From Pelagomonas calceolata (lineage: Eukaryota): a stretch of DNA of 64,000 nucleotides. Numbering within the stretch: position 1 is the first letter of the stretch; the number at the start of each line of letters is the position of its first letter. Of this stretch, positions 42,860-51,196 are shown one piece after another. The position numbers and the translations under genes are program-made. A model generated the notes under the pieces. It had not been told where the DNA came from. It did no database searches and worked only from the letters and a program-made list of their open reading frames with translations. The stretch lies in assembly GCA_918797485.1 (NCBI GenBank), contig CAKKNE010000005.1, positions 2,914,001 to 2,978,000 on the forward strand, written 5' to 3'.

Positions 42860-43255
42860 ATGCTAGCCCGAAGCGGTCGAACACTACTCCGGCACGGGCG
42901 AGCCGCGCGCGGCTCAGCGCCATCCGCGGCGGCTGCGCGCACGACGGCAGCACGTACGCTTCGGGCGACACCGGCCGCGCGCACGACGGCCGCGCGCCGG
43001 ACGGCCTGGCGGACTTTAGCTGGCGGCCAGCCACCGCGCCCGCCCGCGCCCGCGCCGCCGGCACCGCCGCCGCCGCCGCCCGCGAAATACGCCGCACCGC
43101 CGCCGCCGTTGCGGCCACAGCAGCAGCAGCAGCAGATGTACGAGGAACCCCCACAAACCTTCGGTTCGACGATGAAGACGTACTTCACGCTCGGCATCGG
43201 CGTCTCGCTCGGCGTGACGGCGTTCTCCGTCCTGCTGCGCATGGTCGGCTTCTGA
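42860..43255 (+). CDS. Small hypothetical membrane protein, possibly mitochondrial
   Basis: Arg/Ala-rich presequence-like N-terminus, Pro-rich linker, C-terminal TM YFTLGIGVSLGVTAFSVLL. Confidence 0.55.
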   Translation: MLARSGRTLLRHGRAARGSAPSAAAARTTAARTLRATPAARTTAARRTAWRTLAGGQPPRPPAPAPPAPPPPPPAKYAAPPPPLRPQQQQQQMYEEPPQTFGSTMKTYFTLGIGVSLGVTAFSVLLRMVGF

Positions 43256-43294
43256 CTAAGCTCCTGTTATTTGTACGATAATTTACGACGCCTA

Positions 43295-44005
43295 CTACAA
43301 CGGCACGGGCGCCACACGCAGCGCCGCGCAGAAGAGGTTCACCGCGAACAGCAATAACCCGACCGTGAAGACCACGTTCGTGAGGATCGTGACGATGAAG
43401 ATCGACACGGCCCGCGGCACCTTCAGCCGGTCCGAGATCTTGACGTAGGTCTTCTCGAACGTCGGTGCTAATCCTAATGCGATGGCAAACCGAAAAGGTC
43501 TCAGGATCGACCCGATCGAGAGGTAGTAGCCCATGTAGTACGCGAGGAACTTCTTCTTGAGGGGCAGCCAGGTCAGCGGGTTCGCGAGGACCGCCGCGTC
43601 CGCGAGGGGCGAGAGCGCCGGGTTGGCTCTCCGAAAAGTGGCCCAGGTGAAGCTGAGGAGGAGGCAGCTGTTCACGTTGCTCACAAAACCATAAGCGAAG
43701 AAGGCCGAGACCCCATACTTCGCCAGGTCGCCCTTCTTGAAGGACGCCGCCTTTTTCAGTTTCGCGCGCAGGCCCGTCGGCGCCGGCGCGTCGTCGACGT
43801 CGTCGCCGGCCTCGGCGGCGGCGCGTAGCACGACTTTGTGGGACGACCGTGTTGCCGTCGCATCGATGGCGTGGAGTTGCCGTGGTCGCAGCGAGGGCAA
43901 CTGTACCGGCCGGAGCGGGCGCGCGACGTTGAGCGCCGAGTAGGCAGCAGTGTGCATGATCTGCGCTAGGAGCAGCGCCTGTTTGGCGGCACCGATGGAT
44001 GGCAT
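43295..44005 (-). CDS. Hypothetical multi-pass membrane protein, probably plastid-targeted
   Basis: KYGVSAFFAYGFVSN and LRPFRFAIALGLAP; possible short intron ~43835-43905 carrying the introner core. Confidence 0.65.
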   Translation of the reverse strand: MPSIGAAKQALLLAQIMHTAAYSALNVARPLRPVQLPSLRPRQLHAIDATATRSSHKVVLRAAAEAGDDVDDAPAPTGLRAKLKKAASFKKGDLAKYGVSAFFAYGFVSNVNSCLLLSFTWATFRRANPALSPLADAAVLANPLTWLPLKKKFLAYYMGYYLSIGSILRPFRFAIALGLAPTFEKTYVKISDRLKVPRAVSIFIVTILTNVVFTVGLLLFAVNLFCAALRVAPVPL

Positions 44006-44810
44006 TTTCGACAGTGGATTATAGAACTATTTCTTTTGTGCCGTTGCTGCTACGGAGGCGTTGGGTGCATTCGCGTGCGCACCCCTTTGCTTTAGCACAT
44101 GCTGGGCTGCTTGCTTTGGTATGCGCGCGATCGGAAGGCGTCCAAATCATTGCTCCACTCGGTCCAATCGGACCAATAAGACGGCTCGTGGCTCTCAGCT
44201 TGTCCGCTAAGCTTGCATCGTGCCAAACCCACGCTGGACCAGACAGACGCCCGCATATCTCTAAGCAGGCTCTCTGGCACGCCTCTCGAGCGTTTCAGTG
44301 TGGATCCGCGAGCCCGTCCGCCTCGTCGAGCTATTTGGCTTTGGCAAAAAACAGCAGCAAGATGTGGCTTTACAGCGTTCAAACAGCAAACTTGACCTTC
44401 AGCAGTCGTCTACGGTCGCCTATGATGCGCCACGAAGCGCTCGTATCTCGAAATTTGCGTCACAGCGCTCGTACGCTGAGATGTAGCACCTCCTGGATAT
44501 CTGCTCGGTCCCGTCGTTTGAAGGCGCGCCGAGCGAAAGCGGTGGCACCAACTTGTCGCTGCGATCACTCGTGCTGCCTGGACGGGTTCGGGCACCAAAG
44601 GAGCGCAAAAAGAGAGACTTGTGGCCGGGCGCCCGTTTCGGCGGCGGCCGCGCGCGCCGCCATCTCTCGGGTGCGGAGGTGGCGCGCCTCTCGTTGGACG
44701 TAGGGCCGTGGCGCCGCCTCGACGCCGTCGACGCGCCACGCTCCAGACCAGAGCGCCCGCGCGCGAGCTCCGCCGGACCGCCGCGCTCACCGCACGCCCC
44801 AAAAACGCAG

Positions 44811-45666
44811 GCAGAAGATCGTCGCCGCCCTCGCCCTCAGCGGCGCCTCGGCGCTCGTCGCGCCGGCCGCGCCGCGCGCGACGGTCAAGGTCCAGGAGAC
44901 CAAGGCGGACCTCGAGCGCCTCTGCGCCGAGAACCCGACGGCCCTGCCCTTCGAGGGCATCTGGGACCCGCTCGGCTGCGCCGACTTCAACTTCTGGGGC
45001 CTCGGCAACGAGGCGACGATCGGCTACCTGCGCCACGCCGAGATCAAGCACGGCCGCATCGCCATGGCCGGCTTCCTCGGCTTCTTCGTGCAGTCGCCGG
45101 GCAACTTCATCGGCGACATCGTGTCCGGCGACCACGCGATCCTGCCCTACCGGGGCTACGTCGCGGGCTGCACGCCCCAGGAGCAGTGGGCGAACATCCC
45201 CATGATCGGCAAGCTCCAGATCCTCACGGCGGTGGGCATGCTCGAGTCGTACGGCGAGGGCGCCGGCTTCCCGGAGTCGTACACGCACTACACCAAGGGC
45301 GGCCAGCCGGGCTACTACCCCCCGATCAAGGGCAAGGGCGGCCCGTTCAAGCAGATTTTGCTCGACCTCTACGACCCGCTCGGCTTCGGCTTCCGCGACA
45401 TGTCTGCCGCGGACAAGAAGAAGGGCCTCTTCGCCGAGATCAACAACGGCCGCATGGCCATGATCGGTCTTTTCAGCGTCCTCGCGGAGTCCGCCGTCCC
45501 CGGCTCGAACCCGCAGTACAAAATCCTCAACATCGACATGCCGACGAGCGACGTCGACATCATGGGCTCGGTCATCCCCCAGCTCACCTCGCCCTTCGCG
45601 CTGAAGGCGTACCCCGTGCTCGCGATCTGCGCACTCGTGCAGCAGCAGCGCTCGCTCAAGAACTAG
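44811..45666 (+). CDS. Light-harvesting complex (fucoxanthin-chlorophyll-binding-type) protein; first exon unresolved
   Basis: Acceptor ACGCAG at 44810; QKIVAALALSGASAL signal; WDPLG, RHAEIKHGRIAMAG, YDPLGF, EINNGRMAMIG. Confidence 0.92.
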
Positions 45667-45774
45667 GCGCCCGGTTCTTGTCTGTTTCTCCCCGTTCGCG
45701 GCGGCGGGCGGGGTTTCGTAAGGTTACATTAGTTTGATGATGCTACACGACCGCCTCGAAGTCTTACACTCCAA

Positions 45775-47877
45775 CTACTTATACCCACCCCCAGCAAGCC
45801 GCGCCGCGATCCGCCGCGCCGCCTCGACGGCGGCCGCGCGGTCCGCGTCAGCGTGTGCGGGCGGCGGCGGTGGCGGCGGAGCTGCATATGTCGGCGGAGG
45901 CGGAGCGGCGTACGTCGGCGGCGGCGCGAACGCGGCCGTCGGTGGCGGCGGCGCAAAGAGTGGATTGCGCGCGACCGGCGCCGCACTCTGCGGACGGGAG
46001 AAAGCCGCCGGCGCCGCCGCGACGGAACCACCCGCGCCGATCGGCTTCATCTTCGCGAATTTGTACAAGTCGGCGTCGGGCGGCGAGCGCGCGGAGCCGC
46101 GCAGGCTGTTGACGAGTTGTTTGGAAAAGGCCTCGTCGTCGCGCGACCCGCGGCAGAGCAGTGTATGAGCTTCGCCGTAGGACACGTCGGCGTCGCCCGC
46201 GACCGCGCGCGCCGTCCGGCCCACGCGGTGCACGTACTGGGCCATGGACGACGGCACGTCGTAGTTCACGACGCACGCGACGCCCTTCACATCAACACCG
46301 CGCGCCGCGACGTCCGTGGCGACCAGCACGCCGCCGTGCGCGTTCCGGAAATCGGTTAACACCGACGACCGTCTTACACCATCAACGTCGCCGTGCAAAC
46401 ACGCCGTCCACGGCGCGACGCGTCGCTGCCGCAGCGCGCCCGTGACTACTTCACATTCCGTCCGTCTTCCACAGAACACGACGACGCGACCCTTCTGGAT
46501 CAAGGAAGGCAGGGCGTAGAGCAGCCACTGGAGGCGCGCGTCCCGGCTTGGGAGGACGTGTGTCTTCTGCAAGACGTTCTCCGTGGCGGCCGGAGATGAT
46601 GAAGACGCGTAGGCGCCGACGACGACGCGCGCGAGGCGCTCCTTGCACAGAGCGGACCGCACCAACCCGTCGACCTTCGGCGGTAGGGTTGCTGTTGTAA
46701 AGATGGCCTGTCTAGAGGGCCGGATGCGCTGCGCGAGCGACGTCAGCTGGTCCTGGAAGCCGAGCTCGAACATGCGATCGGCCTCGTCGACCACGAGAAA
46801 CGTACACCGCTCCTGGAGATCCACGACCTGCTCCTGGATGAACTCCATCATCCGGCCCGGCGTCGCGACGACGACGTCGCTCCCAGCCTTCTTGAGTTCG
46901 CGGGCCATCTCCCACTTCCCGGCGCCCCCAAAAACCGCGACCGTGCCGACGGTCCGGGGGGCGTACTTGGCATGCCTTGTTAATTCGCGGTAGACCTGCT
47001 CGCAGAGCTCCCGCGTCGGGACCACGACCAAGGCCACCGGCTCCGACCCGCGCGACGCCTCCTGCGCGGCGACGTGGGCCAACAGGGGCCAGCCGAAGGC
47101 TAGTGTTTTTCCGGAGCCCGTCTCGGCCACGGCGAGCACGTCGCAGCCGCACAGCGCCGCGGGCACCGTCAATGCTTGCACGGCCGTCGGCCGCTCCAGG
47201 CCCGCCCGCGCCGCGCCCTTTAACAACCAACTGGCTTTAGGAGCGGCACCGAACATGGCCGCGAAGGACGGCGCCGGCTTTATCGAACCGCCGCTCGGCG
47301 CCGTCGCCGAGCCGGCAACAGACCCGTCTCCATGGGACGCGTTCCAGGCCTCCAGGCCGCCGGGAATGAAACAGGACTCCACCTCATCATAACTCCGCCG
47401 GTGGTCCGCCGGCGCCAGCTTCGCGATGCGCTTCTTCTGGGACCGGTCGACGACCGCGCGGCCGTCGATGTACGCGACGCCCTCGCCGTCGTCAGCCTTG
47501 TTCTCGGCGGGCGCCTTCTTCAGTTGCTCCCTTCTATTGGTAGCGTACTGGTCGTCGTCGACGGCGTCGCGCGCGGCCTCGTCGAGGCGCGCCGGCCGCG
47601 GTTTTTTTCTTTGTGGCTCCTCGGCTGCCATGCCAGCCATGAACGCGTCGAGCGGGTCCACCTCGTCGTCATCAGCAGCTGGCGCCGCCGTCTCTCGGAG
47701 CAACTCGTCCTCATCGTCGTCATCATCATCATCAAAGTAGTCGCGCTGCTGCTTCGACCGCTGCCTAGCTTGCGCGAGGTACGCGGCGCGGTCGCGCGTC
47801 GCCTGGTGCGCGGCGGACGGCGGCTGCCTTGGTGCTTGGTTGTACTGCTCGCCTCCAGCGCGGACCCAGCGCGACAT
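45775..47877 (-). CDS. DEAD-box RNA helicase (DDX42-like)
   Basis: DPLDAFMA, AETGSGKT, PTREL, TPGR, DEAD, TAT, ARGVD, HRVGRTAR. Confidence 0.92.
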   Translation of the reverse strand: MSRWVRAGGEQYNQAPRQPPSAAHQATRDRAAYLAQARQRSKQQRDYFDDDDDDDEDELLRETAAPAADDDEVDPLDAFMAGMAAEEPQRKKPRPARLDEAARDAVDDDQYATNRREQLKKAPAENKADDGEGVAYIDGRAVVDRSQKKRIAKLAPADHRRSYDEVESCFIPGGLEAWNASHGDGSVAGSATAPSGGSIKPAPSFAAMFGAAPKASWLLKGAARAGLERPTAVQALTVPAALCGCDVLAVAETGSGKTLAFGWPLLAHVAAQEASRGSEPVALVVVPTRELCEQVYRELTRHAKYAPRTVGTVAVFGGAGKWEMARELKKAGSDVVVATPGRMMEFIQEQVVDLQERCTFLVVDEADRMFELGFQDQLTSLAQRIRPSRQAIFTTATLPPKVDGLVRSALCKERLARVVVGAYASSSSPAATENVLQKTHVLPSRDARLQWLLYALPSLIQKGRVVVFCGRRTECEVVTGALRQRRVAPWTACLHGDVDGVRRSSVLTDFRNAHGGVLVATDVAARGVDVKGVACVVNYDVPSSMAQYVHRVGRTARAVAGDADVSYGEAHTLLCRGSRDDEAFSKQLVNSLRGSARSPPDADLYKFAKMKPIGAGGSVAAAPAAFSRPQSAAPVARNPLFAPPPPTAAFAPPPTYAAPPPPTYAAPPPPPPPAHADADRAAAVEAARRIAARLAGGGYK

Positions 47878-47985
47878 TATTCAGGAACGTCTGCAGCTGT
47901 TGATTTTGAGCTCGAAGCAATGCCAGATCCGAGCAATTAGTCACCCCTAAGCTCGCATGCAGCGTTTTCAAAGGGTGCCGCGATT

Positions 47986-48005
47986 CTAGTGTCTTACACC
48001 GCTAG
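47986..48005 (-). promoter_or_regulatory. CTAG-box motif
   Basis: CTAGTGTCTTACACCGCTAG in a divergent intergenic gap, ~110 bp upstream of ATG 47877. Confidence 0.7.
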
Positions 48006-48174
48006 TTAATTCATTTTTTGCGGCAATTTGCGGCATTGGTGCGCGCACAGCCATCCGCACTCGCAAGACTGTACGCTGTATAGTATTTCGCCCGCTGCGC
48101 ACGGCTGAGGAGGCTCCAAGCCGAAGCAGCGCCGCCGTGCCAAAAAAGCCTTAAACAGCTAGGCAACCGCAGCC

Positions 48175-48906
48175 ATGGGCCAGGGCGCCTCGCAGGAAGA
48201 GGCCGACGCGACGGGCTATCGAGTCTTGGGCGTCCAGCCCGGGAGCCCCGCGTCGGCCGTGGGACTGGTTTCCTTTTTTGACTTTGTCGTGGCGTGCGAC
48301 GGCGTCGAGTTGCGAGAGCTCGACAGTACCTTTATAGATAAAATAAAGGGCAGCGAGGACGTGCCCTTGCCTTGTTCGGTCTACAATCTCAAGAGCCGAC
48401 GGACGCGCGACGTCTCGATCACGCCGACGCGGAACTGGGGCGGGCAAGGCATGCTGGGCGTGACCATACGCTTCGACACGTACTACAAGGCCGACGAGTG
48501 CCTCGTGCGGGTGCTGTCCGTGGCGGACGGGTCGCCGGCGCAGGCGGCGGGCTTCATCGCGGGCGCCGATTATTTGCTGGGCACGGCCGAGCGTGTTTTT
48601 TCGGACGCGGACGCGTTGTTGGACGAGTGCCAGTTGCACTTGGATGCGGCGATCGAGGTTTATGTCTACAACGTCGACAGCGACGAGGTGCGCGTCGCCG
48701 TCGTCGTGCCGACGTACCAGTGGGGCGGCGACGGGTGTTTGGGCGCGGACGTCGCGCACGGCTACCTCCACCGGCTGCCGACGCGCTGCCGCGGCTCCGA
48801 CGGCGTCTCCGTCGAGCCAGACCGGCCGGCGGCGCCGAACGCGGCCGTCGCGACGGGTGCGAGTCCTCCTCCGCCGCCGCGACATCCGCCTCCACCCCTC
48901 TCTTGA
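48175..48906 (+). CDS. GORASP: Golgi reassembly-stacking protein (GRASP55/65)
   Basis: MG N-terminus, GYRVLGVQPGSPA, FFDFVV, WGGQGMLGVTIRF, WGGDGCLG...GYLHRLP. Confidence 0.93.
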   Translation: MGQGASQEEADATGYRVLGVQPGSPASAVGLVSFFDFVVACDGVELRELDSTFIDKIKGSEDVPLPCSVYNLKSRRTRDVSITPTRNWGGQGMLGVTIRFDTYYKADECLVRVLSVADGSPAQAAGFIAGADYLLGTAERVFSDADALLDECQLHLDAAIEVYVYNVDSDEVRVAVVVPTYQWGGDGCLGADVAHGYLHRLPTRCRGSDGVSVEPDRPAAPNAAVATGASPPPPPRHPPPPLS

Positions 48907-48950
48907 ATTGAACCGGAGGTCGGGTAAATACAGGTATATAACTACACAAA

Positions 48951-50822
48951 CTATTTAGGCCACCCCTTCTCCAACGCCGCCAGCGCGGCAAGCACGTCGG
49001 AAGCCTCAGGCGCCACCAAACACGCCGCCGCGCCCGACTCGCCGTCGATCTCCGCGGCGTCAAAGCCGGCGGCGGCGTGGAGCCACGGCGCGGACGCGTG
49101 GACCGGCGCGAGGATGTATTTCGAGACGACGGCGTTGTCCACCTTCAGCCGGCGCACGCGCTCGTCCGACCCGCGATCCCGTAAATTCTCCAAGATGCGC
49201 AGGTGGCGCCGGCGGCACTCGGCTACATCGTCGGCCGAAAGACACGCCATCGCGTCGCTGCGCAACGCCGCCGCGAGTTCCGTGAGAGGTGGAGTTGCCG
49301 ACCGCCGCCGCAGCGCGTTCAGCGCCCCGACAACATCACAGCCCTCTTCCCGCTCGAACCTTCCATCACAATTCGAGAAGCGCTCGCCCGGCGCGAACGT
49401 CACGGAGGCGTCCTTCAGACTTCCGTCGCACGCGCGCAGCTTCGCCTCGAGCCGTATGACGCCGCCCTCCTCCGTCGCGCGCGGGTCCTCGGCGCTGTTC
49501 GCCCACGAGCCGCCGGGCAACAGACCGCCGCCCTCGCCCCTACTTCGAATCCACTTCGCGTCGCCCGACGTCCGACCCACGGTCGCCTCGCCGGCGTCCG
49601 TCGCCCAGCAGGCCTCGACGAGCTCGCGCGCCTCGGCGGCACGCCGCTCGTCGCGGGACCGCGCCCACGCGTCGTCGGCGGCGAGGCTCCGCGCGAGCGC
49701 GTCGGCGGCCGCCACCGCCGACGCGACGCAGGACTCCGGCGCCGCGTGCCAGCCGTGGCTCTCGTCGCGGCGAGCGAGGCACGCGCCGACGTCGCGCGTG
49801 TACCGCCGCGTCACGTCGACAACCTCGTCCCGCCCGAACGCCAATATACAGGCGAGCTTCTTGCCCCAGCCCCGCTCGTACATGCGCGGTCGGTCCACCG
49901 CCTTCTCGCAGGGGTCGACGTGGAGCCAGCGTTTTTGTTCAACAGACCAGGCCTCGGCCCAGACGTGGTCCGTCGAGTCCCAGACGTAGCGCGCCTCGAA
50001 GCCGCAGGCCCGGAGGCAGGGCACGAAAGCGTTGGCGAACTCGCCGCAGCGGCCCGTCCGCGACTCGAACAATAGAGTCCGGGCGCAGTTGTAGCGGGGA
50101 AACCGCGCCTCGCCGCCGCAGGGGCAGCGGTAGAGCTCCACTCGATTCGCGAGTTTGCGCTGTTCCTCCTCGGTCGGCGTGCCCGGGCCGGCGCCCTCCG
50201 TCTTCCCGCCGCAGCGCGGGCACGGCGGCGCCTTGACCCACGTGAAGAACTGGGGGCCCTTGAAGTAGTTCGCGAGCTCTCTGAGTAACGCGTCGGACGG
50301 CTCCGGGCTCGCGGACCCGTAGTGCCTCGCCGTCGCCGCCGCGAAGGCCGCGGCCTTGTCGTCGCCGTCGGGCACGGGTTCGCTCCTCGCCCGCGCCCGC
50401 GCCCGTAGTAAGTCGAGGGGCAGCAGGCCGCGCACGTCATTTAACAACGCCGCGTCCTCGTGCGCGGCCCTCGTCGCGCGACACCGCTGCAGGACCCTGG
50501 CGACTTTGGGCGCGTTCGGCGCCGGCGCCGCGCGCTGCTGGTCGATCGCTTTCTGCAGCGCCGCCTCTCCGTCAATTGGCGCGCATCCGTCCGGCGCCGT
50601 CGCGTGAAAGACGTCGGCGCAGAGGCCGCTCGCCGCGAGCGTCGCGATGCCGCAGGCGAACGGTTTTAGAGGTGTGGTCACGACGGGCTCGCCCAGCCCC
50701 TCCGGCACGGCGAACGTGGCGCAGGCCTCGCACACGGCGACGTCGCCTACTTGAAACCGCGGCTGGCAGACCTCGCGGTCCCCGAACAGTGATTTCGTGC
50801 AGCAGGGGGCGTCGGCGTCCAT
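48951..50822 (-). CDS. PNG1: Peptide:N-glycanase with C-terminal CVNH-like and PUB-like domains
   Basis: FFTWV...CPRC, RFPRYN, GRCGEFAN, DHVWAE, WLHVDPCE, YERGWGKKL, DVTRRY. Confidence 0.92.
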   Translation of the reverse strand: MDADAPCCTKSLFGDREVCQPRFQVGDVAVCEACATFAVPEGLGEPVVTTPLKPFACGIATLAASGLCADVFHATAPDGCAPIDGEAALQKAIDQQRAAPAPNAPKVARVLQRCRATRAAHEDAALLNDVRGLLPLDLLRARARARSEPVPDGDDKAAAFAAATARHYGSASPEPSDALLRELANYFKGPQFFTWVKAPPCPRCGGKTEGAGPGTPTEEEQRKLANRVELYRCPCGGEARFPRYNCARTLLFESRTGRCGEFANAFVPCLRACGFEARYVWDSTDHVWAEAWSVEQKRWLHVDPCEKAVDRPRMYERGWGKKLACILAFGRDEVVDVTRRYTRDVGACLARRDESHGWHAAPESCVASAVAAADALARSLAADDAWARSRDERRAAEARELVEACWATDAGEATVGRTSGDAKWIRSRGEGGGLLPGGSWANSAEDPRATEEGGVIRLEAKLRACDGSLKDASVTFAPGERFSNCDGRFEREEGCDVVGALNALRRRSATPPLTELAAALRSDAMACLSADDVAECRRRHLRILENLRDRGSDERVRRLKVDNAVVSKYILAPVHASAPWLHAAAGFDAAEIDGESGAAACLVAPEASDVLAALAALEKGWPK

Positions 50823-51014
50823 TTTTTAGAGAGTTATTGCCTCCCGGCTTTTGCGCGCTGCTGGCGGCACTGATCAATAAGTATGATTGGGTCCCAGTGG
50901 ACAAGAAGCGGGACTCTATTTGAGGCAACCAATGCCGCAGCGATGCCTGCGATCCTGCGAGAATGCTGAGCCACAGGCAATGCTGCAGACGACCGGAGCC
51001 AAAAAGCAGAGACG

Positions 51015-51036
51015 CTAGCGTTCTGAAAGACACTAG
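51015..51036 (+). promoter_or_regulatory. CTAG-box motif
   Basis: CTAGCGTTCTGAAAGACACTAG, ~160 bp upstream of ATG 51197. Confidence 0.65.
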
Positions 51037-51196
51037 GAATTCTAGTACCTCTTGCAGCGCTGCAGCGCTGCGCTGCGCGGCCTCCCCACTGCCGATCGAT
51101 GCCAGGCTGCCACTGACCTCCCAGTACTAAACACCCGCAAAGGAAGGGAGCGCGTCGCGCGTGCAACCACTGGGGCAGCCACATCATCTTCCAATC

